64,000 bases of DNA, from NCBI GenBank assembly GCA_964016885.1, contig OZ024743.1, positions 363,940,001 through 364,004,000 on the forward strand, in the 5' to 3' direction. The DNA is from Eledone cirrhosa. Its lineage: Eukaryota. This document shows, piece by piece, positions 30,017 to 42,810 of this stretch. The translations under genes were made by a program, and so were the position numbers. The stretch's first letter is position 1. The number at the start of each line of letters is the position of its first letter. The notes beneath the pieces were generated by a model that was not told the DNA's origin, searched no databases, and saw only the letters and a program-made list of their open reading frames with translations.

Positions 30017-30973
30017 GTATGTATGTATATATATATATATACATATATATGCATATACATATATATATATACATATATATGTATATACATATATATATAC
30101 ATACATATATATACATATACATATACATACATATATATATACATATATATGTATATACATATATATATATATACATATATATGCATATACATATATATAC
30201 ATATATATACATACACACACATATACATGCACATACATATATATATATACATACATATATACATACACATGTATATACATATATACATATACATACATAT
30301 ACACATACATATGTATATATATATATATATATATATATGGTGGCTGCCAACTCGTTTTCGAGTACGGCCACTATTTTACATCCATGTAGGATAACCCCTA
30401 CCGAAGCGCTGAACGAGTGTGACTTTTTAGTCCAGCCAGCGACTTGAAACCTCTGGTACAAACACTACACCTGTGACAATTATTGACACATAGTGCTGGG
30501 CCCATGGTAGGACAATTATTGACACATAGTGCTGGGCCCATGTGAGGACAAGTGCAGAGAGATCTCCAGATATAAAGCAATGCCTGTGCCGTGAAGCTTT
30601 TATAGTGAGCAAAGGCACTGCACAAAGCCAGTCCCACTCTCTTAACCAAGATGATATTTACCAAAAAGAAGAACAAGTCAACATCATTGGATACCATCAG
30701 GGTTGCAGGTGTTATATCAGAGTTTTCCTTCTCCTAGAATTCTGCCTTGACAAAGGCTAAGGGGTCATCTCTCCCGGTGATTTTGGATGGTCATTGACTC
30801 TTAAGAGCTCCTTTGCCCTTTGACAGGTTTTGTTTTTAGTCCTGCAGGATGTCCAAAGTCACCCTCCTCACCAAGAAACCTTGGTGGGTTGCCAGTTTAG
30901 TCGCCAACGACCCGACCATGAGACAGGTTGTACTGGGATACATGTTACCAGTAGCACCAACTGGTGACCTGAC
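28748..30973 (-). mobile_element. Three stacked copies of the RTE-derived element (28748-29154, 29171-29779, 30337-30973)
   Basis: Highly similar to 22345-22954 and separated only by (CATA)/(TA) microsatellite. Confidence 0.85.
29780..30336. repeat. Compound (TA)/(CATA) microsatellite
   Basis: Direct reading. A similar tract lies at 39160-39650. Confidence 0.95.
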
Positions 30974-31266
30974 ATAACATACATACATAAATACATATAT
31001 ACATACATACATACATACACACTTATGCCGACACGCATATACATACCTAAATATATATATAAATATACACGCATATGCCGACATATGCATACAGTGGCAC
31101 TAATACATATAGAATATGTGCACACAGCCGCATCTACACATGCACATGAATATACTACATAAACACGCACACACACACAACACGGTAGCTAAAATCATAT
31201 ATGCAAAAACTATAGTTACACGCACGCATGGGTAAGACATACATATCTAGATATCTATCTATCTAT

Positions 31267-31861
31267 ATGTAATCTGAGTTTTTCGAATATTAATAATAAT
31301 ATTCGATTCGTTTGCAATTCTGCAAACAAGCCTCAATTTTATAGCCAGATCAGTGAATCTGCTAATATGCAGATCTGACTGATCAGCCAGTCTGCTAATA
31401 TGCAAATCTGGCTGATCAGTGGATCTGGTAATATGCAGATCTGACTGCTCAGCCAGTCTGCTAATATGCAAATCAGGCCAGTCAGTCACTGTGTGTTTTT
31501 GAAAATAGCATATATTTTCACTAGCTCTGACAGTTTGGCAGGTGAACTGTGAGCTGTACTGATGAAGGGTGATACCCAGAAACATTAGTGTCTGCAGTTC
31601 TGTTCGCATGCCAACATAAGAGCAAGAATGAAGTGTTCATTCTCCTGGCTTGTTTGCAAAATTGTAAACGAATCGAATGTTATGCTTTGACGCATAGAAT
31701 TACGGCCCTTTCCCTTTTGAGTTCAAATCCCGCCGAGGTCAACTTTACCTTTCATCCTTACGGGGTCGATAAAATAAAGTACCAGTAATGTACTGGGTAA
31801 TTTGCTGGCCTTGTGCCAAAAGTAGAAACAATTATTAATATTCGAAAAACTCAGATCACAT
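31267..31861 (+). mobile_element. HHR-bearing repeat (copy 2) with inverted termini, 33 bp minisatellite and a nested SINE (31684-31833)
   Basis: 31267-31332 is the reverse complement of 31647-31683 plus 31831-31861. About four TCTGCTAATATGCA.ATCTG.CTGATCAG units. Confidence 0.75.
31551..31600 (+). ncRNA. Type I hammerhead ribozyme, GUC site
   Basis: GAGCTGTA-CTGATGA-A-GGGT-GAT-ACCC-A-GAAA-CA-TTAG-TG-TC|TGCAGTTC. Confidence 0.85.
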
Positions 31862-32024
31862 TTATTGTATTCAACCATGTAGAGCGAAATTTTCTTTTTT
31901 ATCTATCTCTCTCTATATATATATGAATGTATGTATATGTATAGGCACACAGACGCGCGCCCGCGCATATGTATGTGATGTTATATTGATACTTTGCTCC
32001 AGCTTGTTATTATTATTAACACTC

Positions 32025-32222
32025 TGAGAGCGGTTGATTGGCAGTATCGGTAGAGCGTCAGACACCATACTTTGCAGCATAGAGTTACGGTACTTTATGA
32101 TCTGAGTTCAAATCCTGTCGAGGTTAACTAAAATAAAGTACCAGACACCCACTGGGGTCGATTTAATCGACTTTCCCCTCCCCCAAAATTGTTGGCTTTG
32201 AGCTTATATAAGAAACAATTAT
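32025..32222 (+). mobile_element. tRNA-derived SINE, internally deleted
   Basis: A box-like TGGCAGTATCGG, B box GAGTTCAAATC and the shared 3' tail. Confidence 0.8.
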
Positions 32223-32517
32223 TAACACTCTGCTTGTTACGGACACGAAAACTGGTGAAGACGCAAACGTAGAATCCCATATTGGTAGTCGGACCATTGG
32301 CTTCTTTGTCAGACGCTGTGACACAGGGCGGACCAGCAGCAACGTTGGTGGAGGTCGAAACTACCAAATTCCATCTCAACGGTTGAAGACCTTGGAGCTC
32401 TGTATCTTTCGTTTGTCTTTTTATTTAAAAAAAGAAATTTTAAGGCTTCTCCTTTAAATTGTTTTTTCTTTCTGCCTTGTTTTCGTTCGTTGTTTTCTCT
32501 GTTAATTATGCTAATTT

Positions 32518-32600
<83 letters not shown>

Positions 32601-32865
32601 TACATACATACATATATATATATATGGGTGGGTGGGTGTTTGTGTAAAAGGTAAAAAAGAAATAACAAAAATAACAAAACAAACACCACAGTAAATGGAA
32701 GAAATATGTTAGTTTATCGCTTGGAATAGCCGGTAGATTGAGACATAACGTTTCGGACACTAGTCTTTTATCAGAAGATAGAGTTAGAAATAGAACATAA
32801 ATAGAAAGGAGAGAATGGTGAGATGAAGGAACTGGTAAAATGAGAAAAAAAATGTGTGTGCGCGC

Positions 32866-32931
<66 letters not shown>

Positions 32932-33419
32932 GTTAAACAGAAATAACAAAACAAACGGTACAGTATATGGAAGGAATATATTAGTTTAACGCTTGAAATA
33001 TCAGGAAGAAAGTCTTAACACTTCGGACGCTAGTCCTTCGTCAAGAGCAAGGTACATAATATGAAACTGAAATTAATAGTGGCAGATAACTTTGAGTGAT
33101 GTTTATAGGCAAACAGTTTCGGGGAAGTTTGTAAATATATCGTCATTATAAGTCTATGTATATCCATGTCGTAGTTGCATCTCGGCGATTTTTCTGATCA
33201 GTTAACATGCAATGTAAAATGTAAAAATATGTGGATATTATAAACTAATGTATAATTGTTTCCAGAATGTGTAAGAGAGTTTGTTGTATATGAAAACACA
33301 AGCTTTTTGCATTTGAAAGTGCTTCAATAAATATTTATTCTGAATAAATATCTATTAGAAACTATTTCGTTTTTGTTGTTTTTTTTTGTTGTTGTTGTTG
33401 TTTGCTTTTGTTTTTAGTC

Positions 33420-33780
33420 TATATTTACTTAATAATATATGACATTTTACAGCTATACTTACCAGCCATTTTTGAATCCCATTTGTTTAGGGGGCTGCAA
33501 TTTCCTGTATATATACTAGGTTATAGCTCATTGTGTCATTTTCTTTAAATGTCCTTACATATTTCGCTAACGCTGAATTAATTTTGTGCCCAGGATAACT
33601 AAAGAAGCACATATGTTGGTAATAACGGCTCGTAAATGAGTTTTTTTTTATAAAGACTACCTGCACTGTTAATAGAAGATATTTTACTCGATACACTACT
33701 GACCTTTCGCGACACCTTCCATTAAGTGAGGAAGCAGGTGTAGATGCAATTACAAAGTTGCTCGGGCCTGTTTTTGTAAG
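33420..33780 (-). mobile_element. Degenerate Penelope-like GIY-YIG fragment
   Basis: LNGRCRERSVVYRV..NSFTSRYYQH..SALAKYV resembles the 18.7-19.0 kb element. Confidence 0.55.
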
Positions 33781-34247
33781 TATTTATATTTATGGTGGGA
33801 TTTGAATTTGTATTAGCATCAATTCACATGTATTCGCGCGTGTACTTGGATTTGTAATAGTATTTACGTTTGTATTGGGGTCTATGATAATGCATGGATA
33901 TGCATTTGTATCAGTGTCATTGTCTTTACATGTGTTTGTGATAGCCTGATTGTTTCAGATCATGTTTATATCTTTTATTTTGTTGGAGTTAGTATTTGTT
34001 CTTATTTTGGAGGTTATGTTTGAATGTTTTTATTAGTATTGTTATTTATACTTGTTTCTAAATTGGTGCCAGCAATTGTATTTGTATTGGTATTTGTTTT
34101 TGTAATGGTGTTTGTGTTATACTTGTGTTCTTCTTCTTCTTCTTCTTCTTCTTCTTCTTCTTCTTCTTCTTCTTCTTCTTCTTCTTCTTCTTCTTCTTCT
34201 TCTTTTGGAATTAGGAGACCTGATATAAACACACACACATACACACA

Positions 34248-34560
34248 CAAGATGGCGTAGGACAGAACAAAGGAGAGGCACAAAAACAAAGAAAAGAATC
34301 CCCAGTCACTGAAGACGTCACAGAATGTGTGACGAAAGAACTTTGACAATATATAAACAATCATCTGGTTGTGGAACCAACCAACCTACCGGAAATTTAT
34401 AAATTCCTAAATTTATAAATTTATTATAATAAATTGAAGTGAAAGCAACTGGTGCGTGTGTTTCTTATTGGCAACATGACCCTCCCAAAGTATAACAATA
34501 TCGGTTTCAACACACGTTTTCAGATAAAGAATCTTGCTAAACAAATTCAGAAACGAAATA
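34248..34560 (+). mobile_element. ~315 bp HHR-bearing module (copy 2; HHR 34305-34347)
   Basis: GTCA-CTGAAGA-C-GTCAC-AGAATGT-GTGAC-GAAA-GAAC-TT|TGAC; homologous to 1625-1938. Confidence 0.75.
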
Positions 34561-34587
34561 TATATACATATATATATATATATATAA

Positions 34588-34625
<38 letters not shown>

Positions 34626-34626
34626 C

Positions 34627-34708
<82 letters not shown>

Positions 34709-34828
34709 GGAAGAAAGAGAAAGAGAGAGGTAGAACACTGGAAGGTAATATCCGTAGTGGTAGAGCACTCAGTCCATGGGACGAGTTAGGTAGAAGTGAT
34801 AACACAACACTTAGTTCACCATACCGAG

Positions 34829-34915
<87 letters not shown>

Positions 34916-34978
34916 GAGAGAGAGAGAAGAGAGAGAGAAAGAGAGAGAGATAACGAAAGAGAGAAGAGAAGAGAGAGT

Positions 34979-35119
34979 GGGGTTATTTCATAACAAATTA
35001 CCATACCATACTCGAGGACGTGCGTTTCACCTACCGAATTTTGAACTCGGGTTGAAAATCCGCTGGGTGAAACGCGTGTCCTCGAGTATGGTTTGCTCAT
35101 TTGTTGTGGAACTAACTCT
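34979..35119. repeat. Foldback of an HHR 3' half
   Basis: ACCATACTCGAGGACGTGCGTTTCACC pairs with GGTGAAACGCGTGTCCTCGAGTATGGT; arms ~67 bp. Confidence 0.8.
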
Positions 35120-35154
35120 AAACCAAACTCGTCCTCTGGACGTTGTTTGTTGTC

Positions 35155-35219
<65 letters not shown>

Positions 35220-35239
35220 TGTATGTATGTATGTATGTA

Positions 35240-35624
35240 TGTCAAGGCAGAATTCTAGGAGAAGGAAAACTCTGATATAACACTTGCAACCCTGATGGTA
35301 TCCAATGATGTTGACTTGTTCTTCTTTTTGGTAAATATCATCTTGGTTAAGAGAGTGGGACTGGCTTTGTGCAGTGCCTTTGCTCACTATAAAAGCTTCA
35401 CGGCACAGGCATTGCTTTATATCTGGAGATCTCTCTGCACTTGTCGTCACATGGTACCATGGGCCCAGCACTATGTGTCAATAACTGTCACAAGTGTAGT
35501 GTTTGTACCAGAGTTTTCAAGTCGCTGGCTGGACTAAAAAGTCACACTCGTTCAGCGCATCGGTAGGGGTTCTCCTACATGGCTATAAAGTAGTGGCCAT
35601 ACTCGACGAGTTGGCAGCCACCAT
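35240..35624 (+). mobile_element. RTE-derived element, 5'-truncated, opposite orientation
   Basis: Reverse complement of 22345-22730. A diverged relative lies at ~41480-41680. Confidence 0.85.
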
Positions 35625-35973
35625 GTATGTATGTATGTATGTATGTATGTATGTATGTATGTATGTATGTTCTTCTGGTTTTATAATTTCACAAATTTTT
35701 CCCAATAGAGAGAGTCGGTTTCTAACATAGACACAAGACTCTCTCATTGGAATGTACACATCAACTAGGTAGATATGTATGCATGTGTATGTTTTGAGTT
35801 GTATGTGTGCATGTGTATATATGCTTAGAATCTGTACATGTGTATATGCAGTTATTAGATGCAACATTTTTGGAATGTTTTACATATTTTTACTGTTCCA
35901 TTAATGGATTGCACTTGTAATTTCCTAACTAGTTGTGTTCTTTCTGTTCCTGTGAAGCCTAGCTTCTCAAGAT
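35625..35973 (-). mobile_element. R4/Dong-type LINE 3' tip
   Basis: LEKLGFTGTERTQLVRKLQVQSINGTVKICKTF, matching 21990-22330. Confidence 0.85.
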
Positions 35974-37186
35974 TTGTATGTATGTATGTATGTATGTATG
36001 TATGTATGTATGTATGTATGTATGTATGTATGTATGTATGTATGTATGTATGTATGTATGTATGCATGTATGTATGTGTGTATGTATGTATGTGTGTATG
36101 TATCATATAGAGTATCAGTTGTTACATTTTTAGCTTAAATTTCCGATACGAAAGAAACCAAACCAAGCTGACTGCATTTATAACAAATTAGAAATTAATA
36201 TGAATGTAGCAACTTGATCTTTGTTTATTTAAACACCCATCACATCCACATGGAGATATCAGAATGGTTCATTGAATTGTCGTAGTGAATATCATTAACA
36301 GATGAACGTCTTAATATCTTATACCGTAGCTGCTTGGAAAGATCGGAATCTTACCGCAAAGTGTCTGGGGCTGGGTGTATGGGTACATGGTGTGGGGGTC
36401 TTCGTTTTGTTTGTTCCTAAGTTTCTTTTTAATGCTGACGTGTGTGAGTGTGTTAGTTGTATGAGTGTATATGTGTATGTTGGTGTGTTAGTTAAATGTT
36501 TTTGTTTGTGTTTGTTGTATGTGTGTGTGTGTGTGTGTGTGCATGTTAGTTGTATATGTGTGTATGTATTAGTTGTGTGTTGTTGAGAAAGGGACGGAGG
36601 GGGGCGTTGTTTTCTCAAAGCTTCCATTAAAATACACTCACCTTCATTTACTTGTCTTTACACAGGCGTTTTAATTCTATTAGTGTTGTTTTTGCTGCTG
36701 TTTTATTATTATTATTATTATTCCTTTCAATTGACGCCATATTGTTTGGTTGAAAGGTGAGGTCGTATGTTGGGTGTTGTGTGTGTGTGTATGTATGTAT
36801 GCGTGTATGAGTGTGTGTCTTTCTGACTGTCTGTGTGTGTGCCTGTATGTGTGTTGCTATTGAAAGAGGGATAACATGAAAAGTGGGAGTCAATAAGACC
36901 TTAATGGACAAATTTCGTTTTCATTTTGATTTTATTATTGTTATCATTCGTCTCTTTCATTCCATTCTCTTTCGTTTCTCATCTGTTTAAGAGTTTTTGC
37001 TATTTCCGTTATTTACATTCTACAATCTTTGTTCTTTGACTCAAAGCCAATGGCTTGGCTGAGTTTGAAGGGACGTCTTCAGCTGTTAACATCCTCCTTT
37101 TCGTCATCATACTCTTCCTCCTTCGCCTCCATCTGTATCTCCTGTATCCTCCTTCACCTGCTTCACCTCCACCTCTTACCACTCTC

Positions 37187-37241
<55 letters not shown>

Positions 37242-39177
37242 CACTTAAACACATTTATAACCATGAAAAAGGAGATTTCTCGACATTATATGATGTTGTG
37301 GTACGCAGCGGGACGCCGTTCGCCGACTTTTCAGTTTCCAGGGAAGCGGGTGGTTTAAAGTGCAGATTTACCTAATGTAGGAATTCAAAAAATATTTTAA
37401 TCAATTGGAATTACATCCGTAGTGAGAAGACAAATCCCTGGCCTTAATGATAATTCTTGTCAAGAAAGACATGTGGGCGAACTCCCAAATTTTGATTAAA
37501 AATTAAATAAAGATATGTAGTGGACAGTACTTCTAGTCTTTATTTCATCGTATGTTTGCTACCTTTCAATCAGTAAATGAAAGATAGTTGGCCAAGTTCG
37601 TCCGTTGTGGGTTACGTAAAATTGCATACTGTGAACGCCCCACATCTTTAGAGTTTCTTTAATTTTGTCAAGCTGTTTACAAAAAACAATAATATACAAT
37701 TTAGACTGAAGAAATACAAGAAACTAGCAATAAAACGACCAGACGGTCCGATGGAGCAGATTATTTAGGAGTTCCAAAGAGGTAGGGGTGGCATAACATG
37801 CCTTCTCCAAATATTTGGACATACATAAGAGTTAAATTGTGTAAAAGGTGTTCGAATGAGAAATTAATGTCCTGACAGAGTAAAAATAATGTTTTAAACT
37901 CATCTCATTAACAAACAGGGACACTATCTGTGCCAACACATTTGTAGTGTTAGCTATAACATGTGGCTCCATGAGAGTAACAGAACTAAATTTAATAGAA
38001 ATCATTAATACTAGAAATTAATATTTGCTTTTTTGTTTTTACTGTTTGGACAGAACGGGAAAGGCTGTGTCCGTAACCCTTCACAGGAGATCTGAAACTG
38101 GTGGGAGAAATGGAAGAAGATATCTTCTAACTGGAGACTTGATCTCAAGAAGGGGAACTCCGCTAAAGATACCCAAGGGCCAAGTAGTGATGTGAAACCG
38201 GGTGACGGATTAAGCCAAGCAACATGTTAAATCTACTACCCTAATTAAGTCTATCACCCTTTACTACTATAAAATAAGTCTAACACTCAGCCACTGTACA
38301 ACCATGTAAGAGAGGGTGGTAGATGACTACTGAGCGCCAAGGAGCAATATAAGGAGGAAGGTATTAATATTGCCCGCTACTCCCCGAAATCACAAGAAGG
38401 CCTGTTACGTGTCCTTTTTGACTATGATAAAACATAGAGTATTAATTATATCCGTTTTTGTACGTTTTGCCTTCTATCGTTAACCCTCCATAGAATACTC
38501 GACCGGCAAAAGACTGGAGAGCATTAAAATGTTAGATACCCCACCCCAACCTGATACAACGTTTGATCCACTCAAGCGACGAGTTATGGAAAAACATGCC
38601 TGAAAAAGGTGACAATATCTTCTCACCATTTAGAAATATCTATAAATGCCATAACTTCAGCACATCATTATCTACAGCATCCCGAGCTCTGGGCGCAGAG
38701 GGTGATGGCAATAGACGTATCCATCCTTTCCACAAGAAGCGAAACGGCAAACACCTTAACTCGGCCATGGGGGAACTGAGTAAAACAAAACCGCCAGACG
38801 GCAGTACGTTGCGGAGTTGATGTTGGTATTTACCACCGCTTTCTCACACTTCAAAATTAATCTACATCTCATCCAATTTCTGGGTGGTACTCTCTACACT
38901 GCTCGTAATCTCGTACCGGTTCCTATCCACGCTGAGACCATGTTGGGTATCTTGTCCGAACTAGACTCCCATGATCTTTATCCCATGCATCATCATTTGA
39001 AATTTGGACATGGAATATTAGCGTGAGGGAGATAGTATTTGAACCTAAGCTTTCTATTTCACGACAACAAATTATACATGTATGTACAAATGTGCAAAGA
39101 TGCATGTGTTCATCTGAATATATATCGATGCATTACCTTTTGATCTATTACATTTTCATATATATACATATATATAT

Positions 39178-39287
<110 letters not shown>

Positions 39288-39316
39288 GTATATATATGTA
39301 TATATATATATATATA

Positions 39317-39384
<68 letters not shown>

Positions 39385-39432
39385 TATGTATATATACATA
39401 TATATATATACATATATATATATATGTATATA

Positions 39433-39487
<55 letters not shown>

Positions 39488-39577
39488 ATATATATGTATA
39501 TATGTATGTATATATATATATATAAATATAAATATATATATACAAATATATATATATATATAAATATATATATACAA

Positions 39578-39618
<41 letters not shown>

Positions 39619-39737
39619 TACACACACACACACACACACGTATATATGTACATTTATACATTGAATACATGTCTGTAAATAGTTATATGTATACATATGC
39701 GCACGCACAAACATACACATTCACTTATTGTGTATTA

Positions 39738-39817
<80 letters not shown>

Positions 39818-40075
39818 ACGTAATTACTTATTCGTGAAAATATAGATATAAAAAGAAATGAAGAAAACGAATAAATAAAAGAAAACAAATAAAAACAAAC
39901 ATTCAGTTGTTGCAATATCCAGTGTGATGATGTTTACTCGTAGGAATTCTTAGGTTGGTTCGAAACTGCGGTATTCCCACCCACCCAGAGAGAGAGAGAG
40001 AGAGAGTGTGTGTGTGTGTGTCTATGTGTGTGTGTCTGTGTATGTGTGTGTGTATGTATGTGTGTGTGTGTGTCT

Positions 40076-40116
<41 letters not shown>

Positions 40117-40189
40117 TGTGTATGTATGTATGTGTCTGTGTATGTGTGTGTATGTATGTGTGTGTGTCTATGTGTGTGTGTCTGTGTAT

Positions 40190-40252
<63 letters not shown>

Positions 40253-40883
40253 CTTCATAGTAGTGGTGATGTGCTGTATTCTGAAAGGGTAATGGAACAA
40301 ATATTGACGTCACAAAGAACTGTTCAAAAGTGTCAAAGTTAGTCAACACGTCTTTGATATCGTCCGCCAACATCGAACCGTTACTAACACCCTCTACGCT
40401 AAGCAGTCCATTAGCGCCTCAGCGTCCTGTCATCTTCCTTCTCACACTTTTTACCTCTTTCTTTCACTCACCAATTATTGTTATCGTTTTTTTGTTGTTT
40501 TGTTTTTTAGGGGTGGGGGTGGGATTGGGCGGGGGGGGGGGTATTTCTTTTATTATTTTTTTTCTTTTTTGTGTTGGATTTTAGCAACGACACCAGTATA
40601 TGTATTTATTTCAAATGGTTTGTGTTTTTTTTGCTTTGTTGCTGCTATTGTTGTTGTTCCTGTTGTTGTTGTTGTTGTTGTTGTTACTGCTGCTGTTGTT
40701 TTTGTTGGTGTTGTTTACAATTTACTTTGGATATTCGATGAGAACGCCGTGTTTGAAAATGGCTGTCTCTGTATTCCACAATTTCTATTTGATGAAATAA
40801 TCGATCTCACGATTGATTTAGCAAACTGACATTTTTAGACATTTTCAACTGGTACTACAACTATACATACACAAACACAGACA

Positions 40884-40918
<35 letters not shown>

Positions 40919-40919
40919 A

Positions 40920-40964
<45 letters not shown>

Positions 40965-41086
40965 TCACTCACTCACAATGCATACATGCATACAAACACA
41001 CTCACTGCACAATGAAGATCTGCAAATATTACATATCCAAGATAATACTCACATACATACACATATATACATATATATGTATACAC

Positions 41087-41190
<104 letters not shown>

Positions 41191-41763
41191 GGGAGGGAGG
41201 GAGAGAAACTTTAAAGAGAGGATAAGAGAGGACAAGACAACGAACGGAAACAAGGCAAAACAAAAAACAATTTTTTAAGGGGAAACCCTGAAAAATTATA
41301 TTTTTAAGATAAAAATACAAACAGAACTTCAGGGTCATCGGCCGTTGAGATGAACTTTGGCAGTTTCGAGCCCTACCAACAGTACTGCTGGTCCACCCGG
41401 GGTCACAGCATCTGCTAAGCCAAGCGCTGTCCAGTGGAGTAAGAGATGAAAGACATATATATATGTGTGTGTATATAGGGCCCCTAGCCTTTGTCAAGGC
41501 ATTCTTCTAGGAGAAGGCAACTCAGGAAACTGGCAAACTCCAATATAAAACCTGCGGCTCAGTAGTTACCGATGATGTTGACCTTTTCTTCTTTTCGGGT
41601 ACTGTAGCTCAGAGAGTGGGATTGGCTCAGTGCACAGTCTTTCCTCACTTTAAAAAATATCTTCACGCACAGGCATTGCATGATAGCATTAATTGATAAT
41701 TATTAATAATGTTATATCGTGTAATGACCATACTCAATAACGAGGGGGCAGTCATCATCATAT

Positions 41764-41813
<50 letters not shown>

Positions 41814-42159
41814 GTGAGGTTATATATATATATATATATATCTACCTCGAGATTTCCCATCTGCATTGTTGTGGCTTTCTAAACTACATATTTTATATAT
41901 ATATATATATAGGGAGAGAGGAAAAATATACAGGATTATACGCGAGTCCTTTACTCCGTTATTTTACTTGTTATTTGCTCCTTGCGTTCTCTGCTGTTGA
42001 GCACCATAAATTGAATAGTATAGGCTGCCATTTCTAGCGGCTTGTTCTGTTCATACCACTGGTCGCTGCCTCACACACGCATTTCCCCTCCGTTTACACG
42101 TGCTACAGGTCAGTTACTCTAGTTTTCTATGTCTCCCTAGTAGTGCGAACAATATCGGC

Positions 42160-42250
42160 CTAAGAACATGCTGATGATCCACAAAACTGAATTGGAACCC
42201 ACTAACTTATGGTGAAACACTCTCCTAGTGAGTCTGTACATGTGACTTAG
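42160..42250 (+). ncRNA. Type I hammerhead ribozyme with extended stem I and true stem III
   Basis: CTAAG-A-ACATG-CTGATGA-T-CCA..TGG-T-GAAA-C-ACTC..GAGT-CT-GTA|CATGT-GA-CTTAG. It lies in module 41911-42365, which has ~20 bp inverted termini. Confidence 0.7.
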
Positions 42251-42474
42251 TTATGAGGTTGGTTTTTCATTTTAATTTATCCTCTCTTAGCTTATATTCT
42301 CTTCACGCAGGAGGTTTAAAATCCTATAAACGAAAACACACTCTCCTGTGTTTTTCCTCTCTATAATGTATATATATATATATATAAAGCAATGAGCTAT
42401 TTAATTTTTTGGTTATTCAACAAATTTAGTTTATAACAGATTAGGAGCACTCTACAAGTTTCTTCTTGAATATA

Positions 42475-42810
42475 ATATCAATAATATTAATAAATAGAAA
42501 CTATCTTTATAAAACCATATTTATTTTATTATATATATTTCAAGGGTACCAAAACTTTTGGTACGCCCTCATCAGATAAAATACAAAAGTTGTTTTACGG
42601 ATAGTGACATATCCAAAACTAGAACTTCGCGTTTTGAGTAATTCAAACAGAACTCAAAACGCGAAGTTTTGAATATGTCACTATCTATAAAACAACTTTT
42701 GTATTTTATCTGATGAGAGCGTACCAACAATTTTGGTACCCTTGAAATATATATAATAAAATAAATATGGTTTTATAAAGATAGTTTCCATTTATTAATA
42801 TTATTGATAT
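42475..42810. repeat. 336 bp palindrome with a hammerhead on each strand
   Basis: Arms 42475-42639 and 42652-42810 with a 12 nt loop. HHRs at 42522-42583 (minus) and 42702-42763 (plus). Confidence 0.9.

Noticed and set aside
29625-30461. Long [16 protein letters not shown] ORFs here and throughout the track
   Set aside because: Translations of dinucleotide and tetranucleotide microsatellites.
31358-31485. 33 bp repeats as a CRISPR-like array
   Set aside because: Head-to-tail minisatellite without unique spacers, in eukaryotic context with no cas genes.
38520-39020. Possible Gypsy gag remnant (PPQPDTTFDPLKRRVM)
   Set aside because: Similarity too short to support without a search.
40250-40850. 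Coding exons on the minus strand
   Set aside because: Frames are interrupted by stops and no consistent splice pair or homology was found.
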